From: Phaeosaccion multiseriatum
Lineage: Eukaryota > Protista > Ochrophyta, other classes
DNA: 64,000 nt
Assembly (NCBI GenBank): GCA_965112735.1
Contig: OZ218950.1
Location: forward strand, 6,820,001-6,884,000
Direction: 5' to 3'
The notes beneath the pieces were generated by a model. It had not been told where the DNA came from and did no database searches. It worked only from the letters and a program-made list of their open reading frames with translations. The stretch's first letter is position 1. Every line of letters starts with the position of its first letter. This document shows positions 24,083 to 36,415 of this stretch, piece after piece. A program made the position numbers and the translations under genes.

Positions 24083-24237
24083 GCTCGAATCCGCGTGTAC
24101 GCCAGCCTGTCCCCTGCGCTCAGTCGTGGCTCCGACTCGAGACCACCCCTCGTGCTCTCGACACGAATAAGCCTTAGGTCATGTCGCGACCACATGCTGC
24201 TCTCGACACGAAACCACACTCAAAACACCCTACCTAA
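24083..24237 (-). repeat. Right inverted repeat of the KDZ element (155 bp)
   Basis: Reverse complement of 14424-14577. Confidence 0.95.
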
Positions 24238-25079
24238 GGGCCCATGTGAGAAGGTTGGAAAGCGTAACCTCCAGGGAGAGCTGGCTCGTACTCAGCCGAC
24301 AGGGAAACATTCTGCCAATTTTCGTAATTTAGCCCCCCCCGGGCCCCAAAAAGTTTATTTACAACTATTCGAATCCTATATACCATTATACCCCTTGTTT
24401 GGCACTACTCTACAGTTGACTCCTCTCAGGCCCGGATGTCTCAGGTGCGTGCCCTCAGGTGCGTGCGTTGATTAGCACGGAAGGCAGAAAGGAACCGAGG
24501 GGGGGGGGGGGTACATGCCTGGTGACTAGGTGGGGAGGGCGCGCATTCGACTCGGAGCGAGGCAGGCAGGGGGGGGGGCAGCAATCCACCAGCCATGGCA
24601 ATCTCTGGATGTTGCTCTCTAGCTACTCCTCCGGGCCTTCTTGAGGTCTTGAAGGTTCTTCTCTGCCTGGCGAGCCTACTGACCTTCTTGAATCCCTGTC
24701 CATTCCCCTGGTGCTGTTCCTGACCCGCCCGCCCACTCCCCCACTCCCTTCGTTCTATCTACTACCACCTCTCCGACCCCTTGAACACTACATAAAGCCA
24801 TCTTGGGGGGGGGGGTGCGAGTGTGTGTGTGTGGGAGGGGGGGGTGAGTGGGCGTGTGTGTGTGCGCGCGCGTGTGTGTGTAGGTGCGTTTCAAGAGAAG
24901 CAGGTACGTGCCTTGAAACAGAAGAGGAGAAAGCCAAAATCACTCCACCCCCACGCCCACCCATTCACTTACTACCCACCCACCCATTGACATACTACCC
25001 ACCCACCCATTGACTCACTACCCACCCATTGACTTACTACCCACCCACCCATTGACTTATTACCCACCCACCCATGGAC

Positions 25080-25952
25080 GTACTTCCCACCTTCGTAAAA
25101 AGCCGGAAGCGGCAGCACTGCACAACTCGAGTATCAAGTAGCTCTCCCACACAGGGGCAGCCGCCTCAGGACTCATGTTCGCGGCACCACTCGTGTCAAG
25201 GACCCTCTCGAGCAGCACACGAAGGCTCTCCTGATAGGGGAAGTGGAGGAGGAGGAGGAGGAGGAGGAGGAGGAGGAGGGTATAGGGTATGTGAAGGGGG
25301 GATATGGTGGAGTGACGAGAGTAGTTGGTATACATTTCACCACTCAACTCTATCTATTGGATACATCCACACCCTCCAAGATAGAGGGAGAAGAGAGGGC
25401 GGGAGGGAGAAAATAGAGAGAGACAAGAGACAGAGAGAGACAGGGAGAAAATTTTGGACGTAGAGAGAGACAGAGGGAGAGAGAAAGAGAAAGATAGAGA
25501 CACAGAGAGAGATAGAGACAGAAGGAGTGAAAAGAGACAGACAGAAAGACAGAAAGACAAGCCCATCCATCCTACTCATTCTCACCTCATCGGCTTTAGC
25601 GGCAAGGAGGTCAATGTAGGCCATCACATAGGCTTGTTGCCTTATAAAGCTAGAGTGGTCACTGAGACCGAGCTCAAGTACTCTCTGCGCCACGTCGGGC
25701 TCCAGGTTGATGCGCTGCTCCATAGAGGCATGGCTGGGCTACGTACACCTGTTGGTGATATGGAGGGAGAGAGGGGCAGGGGAGGGAGGGAGGGAGGGAG
25801 GGAGGGAGGAGAGGGTGAGAGGGAGGGGACGAAGAGGGAGGGGGTGGGGTGCGGGTGTGCCGCGGGGGGGGGGGGTGGGGCAAAAGATACCAAGCGATCA
25901 CGTGATGAAAAGTCCATCAAGTCAGTCACCAAAAAAGGTGGCACCACCCACC

Positions 25953-25988
<36 letters not shown>

Positions 25989-26829
25989 CCTCTACCGGCC
26001 CTGACCCCCCCAACCCCTTCCATGTGGCGCTTCGTTTCGCTTTCGGTTTTGTTTCGTGGTGGTTTGTTTGGTTTCGCCCCGTCTTGGCCTCTCCCCTTCG
26101 TCTGCTCCTTCACTCCTCCCCTCCCCTCTTTCCTCTCTCCCCTCCCAACCCCTTCTGTGTCGCGTTCCGTTTGGCTTTCGGTTCTTTTGTTCCGTGGTTC
26201 CTGGTGATTGTCCCGTCTTCTTCCCCTCTTCTTCTTCTCCTCCTCCTCCTCCTCCTCCTCCTCCTCCTCCTCCTCCTCCTCCTCCCCCTTGTTCTTCTTC
26301 ATCTGCACTCCCCTCCTACCCTCCTTCCTCTCTCCCTTCCCGCCCTTCACCCCCCGGCCCCACTCATTTCACTTCAGCTCATTAGATGAAAACCAATAAA
26401 GCGATCCCTCCATCCAGAATATCGATCGACTCACAACATCTTCCCTAAACAAAAGTCGACATAGATATACCACATGTGTTTCTTTCTGAGCCCCTCTTCC
26501 TCCCTCCCTCCCTTCCTCGCTCGCTCCCTCCCTCCCTCGCTCCCTCCCTCCCTTCGTCGCTCCCTCCCTCCCTCCCTCCCTCCCTCCCTCCCTCCCTCCC
26601 TCCCTCCCTCCCTCCCTCCCTCCCTCCCTCCCTCCCTCCCTCCCTCCCTCCCTCCCTCCCTCCCTCCCTGCCTCCCTCCCTCCCTCACTCACTCCCTCCC
26701 TCCCTTCCTCACTCACCTCGTAGGAAAGCTTTCCCGCCCTCCTGAGATGCCTGCAGCGGCCGAACACTCTCCTCGCTGCCTCCTTCCCCTCCGTCCGCCG
26801 TACGAAGTGCTGAAACATAACCCACCCCC
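25080..26829 (-). pseudogene. CSTF3: CstF-77/RNA14/suppressor-of-forked HAT-C fragment, 5'-truncated and frameshifted; exons 26829-26717, 25748-25586, 25230-~25085
   Basis: WVMFQHFVRRTEGKEAARRVF / VYVA(H)ASMEQRINLEPDVAQRVLELGL...YVMAYIDLL / ESLRVLLERVL...VWESYLILE match the CstF-77 HAT-C region. The middle exon is 163 nt between two phase-0 junctions because of a 4-nt insertion at about 25730-25740. Confidence 0.75.
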
Positions 26830-27055
26830 CTGTGGAGTGCGCACCCCGCCCAGTCCGCCCCCCCCACACCCCCGAGCTTCGGCCCCTGACATGCTTCTGA
26901 GACAGGCCAGCCCAGAAGCAGGAAGCAGGCCGGCTGGGGCCTTGGCCGACGAGCTGGATTCGGAACTGTGATCCATCAGAGAACCAACGCACTTCCCCCC
27001 CCCTTTCACATATAATATATGATCCCCCTTTCACCGCATTTGTCGCTGTATCGCG

Positions 27056-27997
27056 ATGTATCGAGTTCCAAACGACGACTTTGCGCACTACTTGATCGGG
27101 AAGTGGAAACGAAATCTACACTGGAGGTCTTTTGGAGAGAATTTCGAGCATCTTCGAACAAGGTACAACAGGGTGGGGAGGAGAGGAAGAGGATTGGAAC
27201 AGGATGAAGGATTATATGAGATAATTTTTTTTAATTTTCCCTCTGCTTTCCTGCTGTTGGCAGCAATGCGCTTGTGCAAGTGGAGGAGTCGACGGATGCT
27301 GCGCCTGAGCCGGGCAGTCGATTCCTGGTGTGGAAGTTTGGCGCGGGCGGTGGGGAACATGGTCGAGGGGGCAGCGGCACCTCGGGAAGCCAAAGCGGGG
27401 GGGACTGGGAGCAGCTGCGCGTTGGCGTTACCATGCACTTTCTGCCGGACGAGAGAGGGAAGGAGTGCCAGCTGGAATGGCTCTACCACGGCAAGGTATG
27501 CTCTGGAGTCTTCCACCCCGCTACGAGCACGGCCACCCTCCTCTTCAATACCGAGACCAGTGTCATCAACATCACCTACAGAGCCGTCGATGACAACAGT
27601 GAGCGTGGTAAAGGATTGGGGTTCATGCTCTCGGTACTGCGATACGTGTATTGAACCTTGTCCTCAGGTTTATCTGTATGTGTATGTGTGTGTGTCCCGT
27701 CTCGGTCCCTCAGCCATTGCCCTTGTCATCGTGGATGTAGACGGGAGGGGCTCTACCCCAGTCATGCAGTACGGAACCATGTGAGTACTCCCGAAGGATT
27801 TGGTCATACAGCGCGTATTGTGGTCTACACTCACAAATGCCTTGGTCCCGACGCGTAGGCCGCTAACTCCAGCCACTCTTCGCCCACTTCCTGCCCCCCC
27901 CCCCCCACCCCCCCCACATTTCCCCTTGCCTCGCCTACCTCCCTTGCCCCGCCACCCCTGGCCTTTCTGCACGGGCAGGTGTCGCCTTCCTTCCTGA
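27056..27997 (+). CDS. Small 4-exon hypothetical protein, predicted beta-rich
   Basis: MYRVPNDDFAHYLIGKWKRNLHWRSFGENFEHLRT / SNALVQVEE...TYRAVDDN / AIALVIVDVD..MQYGTM / CRLPS*, joined by GT-AG introns. No confident family. Confidence 0.7.
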
Positions 27998-28239
27998 GCA
28001 AGAATAGTCTGGTGCCCCGCTCGAACGGTCCATCTCATGCCCCATGTGCTGGCTTCGAAGGTACTCTGATTCAAGATACCCGCGGCCTCACATCCAAACT
28101 GAAGTGCCCCCTTCCCCGCAGCTCTCTCCCCCGTCCAATCCAAGGAGGAGGAGGCGCAGAGAGAAGCCAGGACAGACGGACGGATGGATAGAGCAAGAGG
28201 CGAGGGAGAGTAAAGTGAAGGTCTAGTCTCCTCGTCCCC

Positions 28240-29861
28240 TCAGCTCGCGGGGGGGAAGGCGAACATGCTGAGGGAGCCAAGCGCTGCTCCCGTGATGTCC
28301 AAGTAGGCATCTGCGGTCTTGCTCTTGTCCACCATCTGCACCACATTGGCTTGGTACTCCTGGCGGAAGGGCTCACTGGCATAGGGCATGAGCGCTAGGG
28401 ACTTTGAGAAGAGGTGGTGAGCGGTCTTGCGAAGGTCCTGCATGACATCAGATGGCAGCGGACGGCAGAGGAGGGGAGGGGAGGGGAGGGATGGGGGGGT
28501 GCCGGACAGACAAGGGAGCGCGATGGTGTTGTTAGGCCCTCAGCAAGCGCCACGTCACTGCTGCAGCATGATGGAGGCACATGGTAGAGGCAGGGCTGTC
28601 CGGCCCCCCGCACCGCGAACTCGTCGCTCGTTATTGAAGTACTCACCAGCCGGTTTTGGCCAAGGTTGAAGAACTTGCCTAAGGGCGTTCGAGTGAGAGA
28701 AAGGCAGTGAATGAATGGCGCAGAGCGATGCATCAACGCCGGAGATGAGGATTGTGGGGAGAAGAGACAAGTTTGAGAGGGGCGGAAGAGATGAGCTTCG
28801 ACACAAGCTTTTGCGGCTCATTGCCTCCGCGGTGGTGGTGGACATGAAGGAAGTAGCAACACAGGGGAAATTACTTGGGACTTGTTGGGAGCCCAGCCTC
28901 AGCAACAGCAGCAGCCGCAGCGGCAGCAGCAGTTGGTAATGCATCAACAGGAGAGCGAGCGAGCACAAAGGATAGATATGGAGCGTCAGACTTCAGTGGT
29001 GCTCTCTCTCCCTCTCTCTCACCTGCGAACCAATCAATGTCGTTCGGCGGAATGGTGCCTTCTTTACCCATTCCTTCGCCCCCGCCCCCCGCCTTGGCCT
29101 GCCCTTTCTCTTCCACCCTGCCGCTGTTGAGTGACCTTACGAGCTGGGTAAACTCATCCACCACGTGAGTGGCCTCGTCGGTGCCGTCGCTCAGCTGCAA
29201 AGGCAAGGGGGAAGGGGGCAATATATACTTCAGCAGCCAAGACACTCAAGGAAGAGAAGATAACGTAAAAATGGAAAAAATGAAGAAATGAAAAAGGAAC
29301 AGGGGCTCACTATGCCTTATCGTATCTGCAAGCAAACAAGTGAACATGACATATGGTGCAGACTGAGGAGAGAGACGGTCGGTCAAAGTCACTCTCTCCA
29401 CCCCACTCCTTTCTCACCTGAACGAGATGCATGTACAAAGCAGCCAGCGCGTGCCCATCAAGAGGAATCTCTCTCTTGATCTGCTCCACTCGAATGGCGT
29501 AGAGCTCTTTGGCAGTGGCACTGCAGCCCAGCCATTTGTTGGCCACCTGTGGTGTGCTCAGAGGGGATGGCAGCCGAGGTGAGGGGCGATGCACAAAAGA
29601 CCGGCGTCAGAGCAGGGGCAGGGGCGAGAGCGGCGGGAGCCCCACCACCTGCGAACAAGCGAGGTTCACACCCATCCACCCACGCACACATACTCCCGCA
29701 CCCATGCACACCCACACACACCCACACACACACCCAGACACACCACCATACCCACACCCACCCACGCACACATACCCCCGCACCCACGCACACCCACACA
29801 CCCACCCACACACCCAGACACACCACCATACCCACACCCACACACACACACACCTTCCACA

Positions 29862-29903
<42 letters not shown>

Positions 29904-32900
29904 GTGCAGCAGTCGTCCAGAATGTCTTTGGGCAGCATGAGGAAGTCCGCTCTGTGCGTGTCCACGAGCTCTCGGGCCTTCTCCTTCAGCCCCAGAAAGC
30001 TCAGCACGCGCATTTGGTTCAGAAGTAGGTAAGGAGCTCAGCCGTCGCCTTCGGAGGGTCGACCTTCTTCAGGCAGTCGTGCAGCTCCCAGCCCTCCCGC
30101 ACGAGGTCAAGCATTTCCTCAGTGGCACACACTTCTTTGTTGTCCAGGGAGGAAGCAGCAGCAGCAGCACGGATTCCGCCTCCTCCACCTCCTCCTCCTC
30201 CCTCTCCATCTGCTGACCACTGACAGACCTGCTGCACTTTCCATGCCTCCGTTCGCGAAGCGAGGCCGTTGATGACGCACTTCAGCTCCGCCAGAATCAC
30301 TTCACAAGTGCGAACATCCCCCCCTCCCTTCACCTCCCCAGCACCACCAATGCTGCTACTCCTACTACTACTCAGCCGGAGTATGCAGAGACACACAGTC
30401 CAGCAGCGGGCGGTGCTCTGTAGCCACCGCACGACGTCTCTGTCACTGCAAGGAGGCAATCTCCGACTCTGCTTCTGTTGCTGAGGAGTCGTCCCCACAC
30501 GGGCCCTCTTCACCGCACGACCCTCCTCCTCCTCCTCCTCCTCCTCCTCCTCCTCCTCTTCAACCTCCTCCTTCGCGCTAAAACCACCAGCATACGTGCC
30601 GCAGTTGATGGCGAGATCATAGCACGCTCCCTCAAGAAACTGGAGAGTGTTGCTTCCTTCGGTAGTCGCAAGCACGTCGACGCCGCCACACTCCTCTGAT
30701 GAGTCGTCTTTATGCTTCTGCCAATGGGCTCGCGTCGCCCGCAGGCCTGTGATGCACAGCTCAGCGATGGCCAGCCATCGCTCGATACAGGACAGACGAA
30801 GGCGTTCCTGGTCCTGCTGCTGCGTCCCTTCTGGATTGTCTTCCTCTCGCTTTGTTGGTACCCCGACTCCGCCCCTCTGCCCGCCGCCGGTGCTCACTCC
30901 CCCGCCCACTGCGGCTCCCTGAGGCTGCTGCTGGCCACTCAGGCTACTCGAAAGGGAGGAGCAGGCGTCGAGTGAGGCATTCGAACAGATCACGAAGGCA
31001 TCCAGAATGGTGCGCTGGTCACGGTTGCCACCATGCCCTTCCTCCTCCTGCCGCCCCTCTGGCCCTTCCCTACCCCTCGCACCCTTCTTCGCACCACCAC
31101 TGGCAGCATTGGCTCCCTCTTTCTCTCTCTCCCTCTCGCTGTGATGCGAATGCCGATGCCTTCCGCCGTGGTGGTGATGACGATGCGGCACCGTCGCAGA
31201 AGTAACGGTAGAGGCAGCAGGAGGGCATGTCATCCGATCCAAGCGCTTCAGCAACAGAGGCAACCACCTCTCCAGGAGTAGCATGAGGAAGTGCAACCGA
31301 TACCCCCCCTCGCCGAGCTCATAGACGGCCAGTAGTGCCTCACGCAGAGCCTCCCCTCGAAATTCCACAAGCCTTTGCTCCTTCTCCTCCTCCTCCTCCT
31401 CCTCCTCCTTCTCCTTCTCCTTCTCCTTCTCCTTCTCCGCCTCCTCCTCCTCCTCCTCCTCCTTCTGACTCTTCGGCTGCTCCAGCCCCAGCTTCTCTTG
31501 ACGCTCCCTAGCAACAGCGGCACCGTTCTCCGCCCCTGCCAGGGCTGCATTCTCCTTCCACCCTTCGCCTCCACCTCGGCCCTTCCTCCACGGGCTCTCC
31601 AGCTCCTCCAGCAAGGCGACGAAGTCCGCCTCTGCCTTGCTAGTAGCAGTGCTGTTCTTCTCACCAATGGCCTGCCCCCCTCCTTCCTCCGCCAAATCAA
31701 CCATCACCCCCTTGCTGGTGCCATCGAAGCGTCGCATCGCACACCAAACAGGAGCCCTCCTGTTGGCCCCTTTGTTGGGCCGCACGCGGAATGCCCAGAG
31801 GAGACTCACCATGCCCTCTTCATATCGCCTGAGATGGCAAAGACAGCAACCTGATTGCCCCATACGTGGGTTGAACGTGAGCAATTGAAGCGAATAAAGG
31901 GTCGAGAAACGTCGCGTAGGTAGGAGTAAGCATCGCGTGGAGAGTCGAACTCTCCCTTGCAGGGACAGTACCAGTCAGTCTGCTCTCCTAAGTCTAGTGG
32001 AGGAGTAGGTATGCTACTGACAGGGCCACTGCGCAGTGGTCGACAGAAGGACTGCCCTCGCTGTGGCGATCCGATCCGACGGCGGCTTCGAAGCAACCCA
32101 ATCAACGAAACGTTCTCCCTCTGCTGCTGGGAGCGGTATCTACTACCGGAAAAGACACCGCAACAACACGGACTAACAACATTGAGACTTTCTCACCTCG
32201 CAGGCGGAATAGCTGTGCGATGGTATCTTCTTCTTCCTCCTCTTCTTGCGAGGGAGGCCGGAAGCCGGGCGTCCCCTCAGGCAGGGCTCGCCTCACCACG
32301 CAGAGGCGCTCCTGGCGGTCGCGCATCCTCTCCTCGAGGCAATCGCCGCTTCCGCTTGCGCTGCCGTTGTTGCTGCTGCTGCTGGGCTCGTCTCCTTGCG
32401 AGGAACGTTCTGTCAGGAAAAGGAGCGACCGCTCCGCCCAATGAGCGCACTGCAACCACGAGCCGGCCGTACACACATGCACACACACACAAGTACACCA
32501 CGCATATACACACGCACACAGTACAAGGTTAGAAACGGAAACCATGTCGTGGAACATTCTTGAGTCATGCGATGGCTTCACATCACTGTACAAGCAAAGC
32601 GCACACCTCTTTCACGCTCTCCCCAACCACCCTTTTACTCAACTCACCTCCTTCGATTGATCGGCCGCCCGGAAAAGGTCAGCAAAGGACAGCAACAGCG
32701 CTCTGAGAGACAGGCACAGCGAATAACTCTGCTGCTCCGCGGAGACTGGCGCCCCACTGCCGCTACTCGTCCTGACACCTTGTGTGAGCCCCCCTCCTCC
32801 CGCAGCCCGTCGCTGTACGAAGTCGTTCCAGCGTAGCGTGTGGGTAAGCTCGTCGCAGAGCGTCGCTGCACGTGCCCCGATAGTAGGCCGATGCGGCTGC

Positions 32901-34635
32901 TGTAACTGCGGCTGCTCTTCTCCCTTCACTACATTGCCGAAACCCTCATTCCGGCTATTGCACGCCCCCCCCTTCACATAGTCGGGCTCGCCGTGATCTC
33001 TCTTGGGGCCACCTCGTCGCTCTCGCACTGGGCTCAGCTCTCTCGACGCCGCCCGTCCGCTCTCTTCTTCCCCGCCATCTGGACGCAGCCTCAATCGCGT
33101 ATGGTACGCCTTGAGGAGCGCCATCTTGACCCTCAACTGGTACAGGCGAGGAAGCGCAGCAGACTGCCGTTGCAGAAGCCTGTCGTAGAGCCCCAAAGTC
33201 TCCTCTGTCCACTCGCAGTGATTGCCCACCGTCAGTATACATCCGAGGACCTCGTCAAAGAGGTGACCATACGCGGAGGGCACAAGAGCAGCAGCAGCAG
33301 CAGCAGCAGGAGCGGCAGTTGGTAATACAGCCGCAGAGGCCAAGCTGCTGCTGCTGCCGCCCCCTCCTTCGCCCCCTCCCCCGTCCCTCTCGCGCGAGAA
33401 AAGACTCAGGAGCTCATCCACTGTGCCTCGGACTGCTTCGTACGCCTCTCCCATTGACTTGCTCGAAGATCCAAGTCCTCCTCCACCTCCACTTGCACTC
33501 TCGCTGGCCTTGAGAGTTACCCTGATTCTGGCGGCGAGCATGTGCGCCTTTTCTAGGGAGGAGGAGCAGGGCAGAGTCTCGAGGCGCTGTAGGATAGAGA
33601 GGGCCTCGAGGGGCTGGCCGCTCTCGTTGAGGCAGTAGGACATGGAGATGTATACGCGCTGCCGTCCACGGGAGAAAGAGGGAGAGGGAGAGGGAGAGGG
33701 AGATGGAGAGGGAGAGGGAGAGGGAGAGGGAGAGGGAGAGGGAGATGAGAGAGAGTGGTGAGGGTGGTGAGATGTGCAAGTCAGAAGGGCGGCAGTAAGG
33801 AACTGGGCCATCAGCCTGGATCATAGAACAGCAGACGAGAAGAGGGGGGACTAGTAGGAGTGGGGAGAGAAGAGCAAGTAGCCACTCTTAAAGGCGAGCT
33901 AGAGTACAGAACAGAGGGTGTATGCATGGCCTGCAACCGCCACCAAAGCCCCAGACTCGCTACGCACGCACCCACGCACCTTCCGCTTGTGCAGCTCCTT
34001 TTCCCCTAAAGAGGCGAGAGCCACCTTGAGCAGCTTTACTGCCTCTCCATGCTTCCTCTTGAGGTAAAAGTGCTCCGCGTGTGTGTGTGCTTTGCTGGAC
34101 ATTCGCTCGGCAATGCCAGACAGGAATGGAGGGGCCGGGTATGGAGCCGCGGCGGAAATGACTCGATCGCACAGCGCGAAGAGGTCCTGCCAGGTAGGGG
34201 GAGGGAGGGGGGTAAGGTCAAAGCGAGGTCAGGAGACAAAGGATCGGTGAGAATTAGTCAGGGCGAGGCAGAAGGGAAGGCAGCACAGGGGGCGCGTCCA
34301 CCCTTGACCATACTCGTCCTATAAAGGTCTTGGTATTCACCTCGTAGACAGCCAAGAGCGCCGAGGCGTTGTCGTGATTCTCCTGCCGAACGGCGTCCGC
34401 CTTGAGCAAGAGGCCTTCACTCATAGTCGCGATGACATCCTCTACCAACAAGGGCATGCGACTGGCTTGAGTCGCTCCCCCCCCACCGATTGCAGCCCCA
34501 GCCGCCGCTGCTGCTGCTTCACTACCTTGCCTCAGAAATGCGTCGGAGAGGGTGGAGAAGCATCGTGCTGCATCGTCGAAGGCGGCCACAGCGGCAGCGC
34601 GGTCTTCCGCCGCGTGGCGACACAGTAGGTTGCCT

Positions 34636-34710
<75 letters not shown>

Positions 34711-36130
34711 CGTGTGTGTGTGTGTGTGTGCGTGTGTGCGTGTGTAGCCGCAGCAGAAGCGGGGAAGGGAAAGGGCAGACAAAATATGCATCAAGAGGGG
34801 GCCAGCATGGCCCCAAGAGCAAAGACTAGCTCGTCTGAGAGGGGAGGAAGGGAAGGTCCCGCCTCATTATTGCCTCAGTCCCGCTTCAACACCCCCCCGT
34901 CCGACTCGCCTGCCTTGGCGAAGCAAAGACACAGATTGGCCGCGTCCTGGTCTGTGCGCAGGGCGGGTGGGCTGAGGCTCACGAGCAGCGCTGCTGAGAC
35001 TCTGAGATAGCCCACGACCTTGGCGTTGGTGGCGGTCGTGGGAATCCTGCGCACACTGTCACGGGATAGATGGTACGGTCCGGTATGGTATCACGGTATC
35101 ACACAGGCAGACACAAGCAGCGAGGTGCGATGGGTATACCTTAAGATCATCAGCTGCAAATGGAGGCAATCATAGCGAGTGGTGTGTGGGGGGCGATATG
35201 CGGTATTTAACTGCCATTAACTGCCATAAGCAGGTACTAGGTACAGTAGGAAGGGGGGCTGGGGGGGCGGGTGGGTCCAGACCATGTTAGAGACACTTAC
35301 AGCGCGGATCAAGACAGAGAGTGGCGAGTGGATCGAGCAATAAGTTTAGAGGGACGCAAGCAAGGCAGCGCAACATCGATATAGGATTAGGAAGGGGGGG
35401 GGGCTGCGAACACACTGTCGGTTCTCCTCACCTGTTGTGGATGCTCACCCCTTGAGCCACCAACGGCTCGATGGTAACGTATTCCGCCGACTGGTCCATA
35501 TGGTGCCGCTCGCGTTGCTGATGCAGCCACTGCTGTAAGCCCTTGACTTGGCGTCGAATATCTCCAAGTACCGTGGAGGCCTGGAGGTATTGAAAGGCGT
35601 GCGATGAAGGAAGGAGGCAGGGATGCGAAGCAAAGAGAAGCGAAGCAAGACCGGCAGACGACAGACCGCCCGGACGGTAGGCGCGGGAGGAGGGGCGCAG
35701 TAACTTAGGAGGGAGAAAGAGCCTGGTGAATGATAGAGGAAGAGCGGGCACAGCTCGCGTAGAAGTGGAATGGTTTGGGTTGGGGGGGGGGGGTGGGCCC
35801 GAGTAACGCCGCGCCCCGCGCCCCGCGAGTATGATCTACCTTCTACACCTTAACTCGGAGACTAACCTGCGCGGCTAGGCTGGGATCCTTCTTCCCCCGA
35901 ATCAGAGCGTCGACGAGGCGGTTCAGGCCCCTCGTTCTGTCCCTTAAAGGCAGGATGAAGTCCTCCGCTCGAGGCTGGGGGGGGGGGGGAGCCCCCGCAT
36001 TGGCGTTTGAGGCGCCAAAAGCAGCAGCACCAGCATTTCCAGGCGGGCAACCGCCTTCCTCAACCGTGAGTGGACCAGCCGAGGGAGTGGGAGTGGCAGC
36101 TAGAGGACGCCTTTCATCCCCCCGCTCCAT
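28240..36130 (-). CDS. ZIP4: TEX11/ZIP4/SPO22-like meiotic TPR protein, multi-exon
   Basis: Helical-repeat protein. N-terminal GVSIHNR...YLRVSAALL...CFAKAG resembles the SPO22 domain. C-terminal IPPNDIDWFA|GKFFNLG...AHHLFSKSLALMPY...EYQANV resembles the TEX11 YP.EE..WL...WN.G...AL......Y tail. Some internal exon boundaries are unresolved. Confidence 0.62.
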
Positions 36131-36415
36131 TTTCTGTTGTTTTTCCTCCTCGCCGGAGCGAGTTGGCGGGATCTCGCCCCCCCTCCCACCTCTTCCCGCT
36201 GCGGCTTCCCTACTTCTTAGCCTCTTCTCTGTAGACACCCACGTCAATGTCTGGGCTTTTCCTCTCCTCAAACTCCTCCTTGAGGCTGCTTTTTCCCCCA
36301 CGTTTCGAACGCTCGGGCAGGGCAAAATTGCTTACGCTTGGGCCCTTAAGTCAATGGAAATTGCTTAGAACTGGGGAGCGAGAGCTGCCGATCCATTGAA
36401 AAAAATCAAAATCTC

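Larger units (their letters stand above)
14424..24237 (-). mobile_element. KDZ (Kyakuja-Dileera-Zisupton)-superfamily DNA transposon, about 9.8 kb, with long inverted repeats and two convergent genes
   Basis: Inverted repeats at 14424-14577 and 24083-24237 enclose a KDZ transposase-Ulp1 gene (minus) and ORF2 (plus). Confidence 0.88.

Noticed and set aside
14416-24245. Target-site duplication for the KDZ element (AGGGGCAT vs GGGCCCAT)
   Set aside because: Only 5/8 identical, so it cannot be claimed as a TSD. The true ends remain uncertain.
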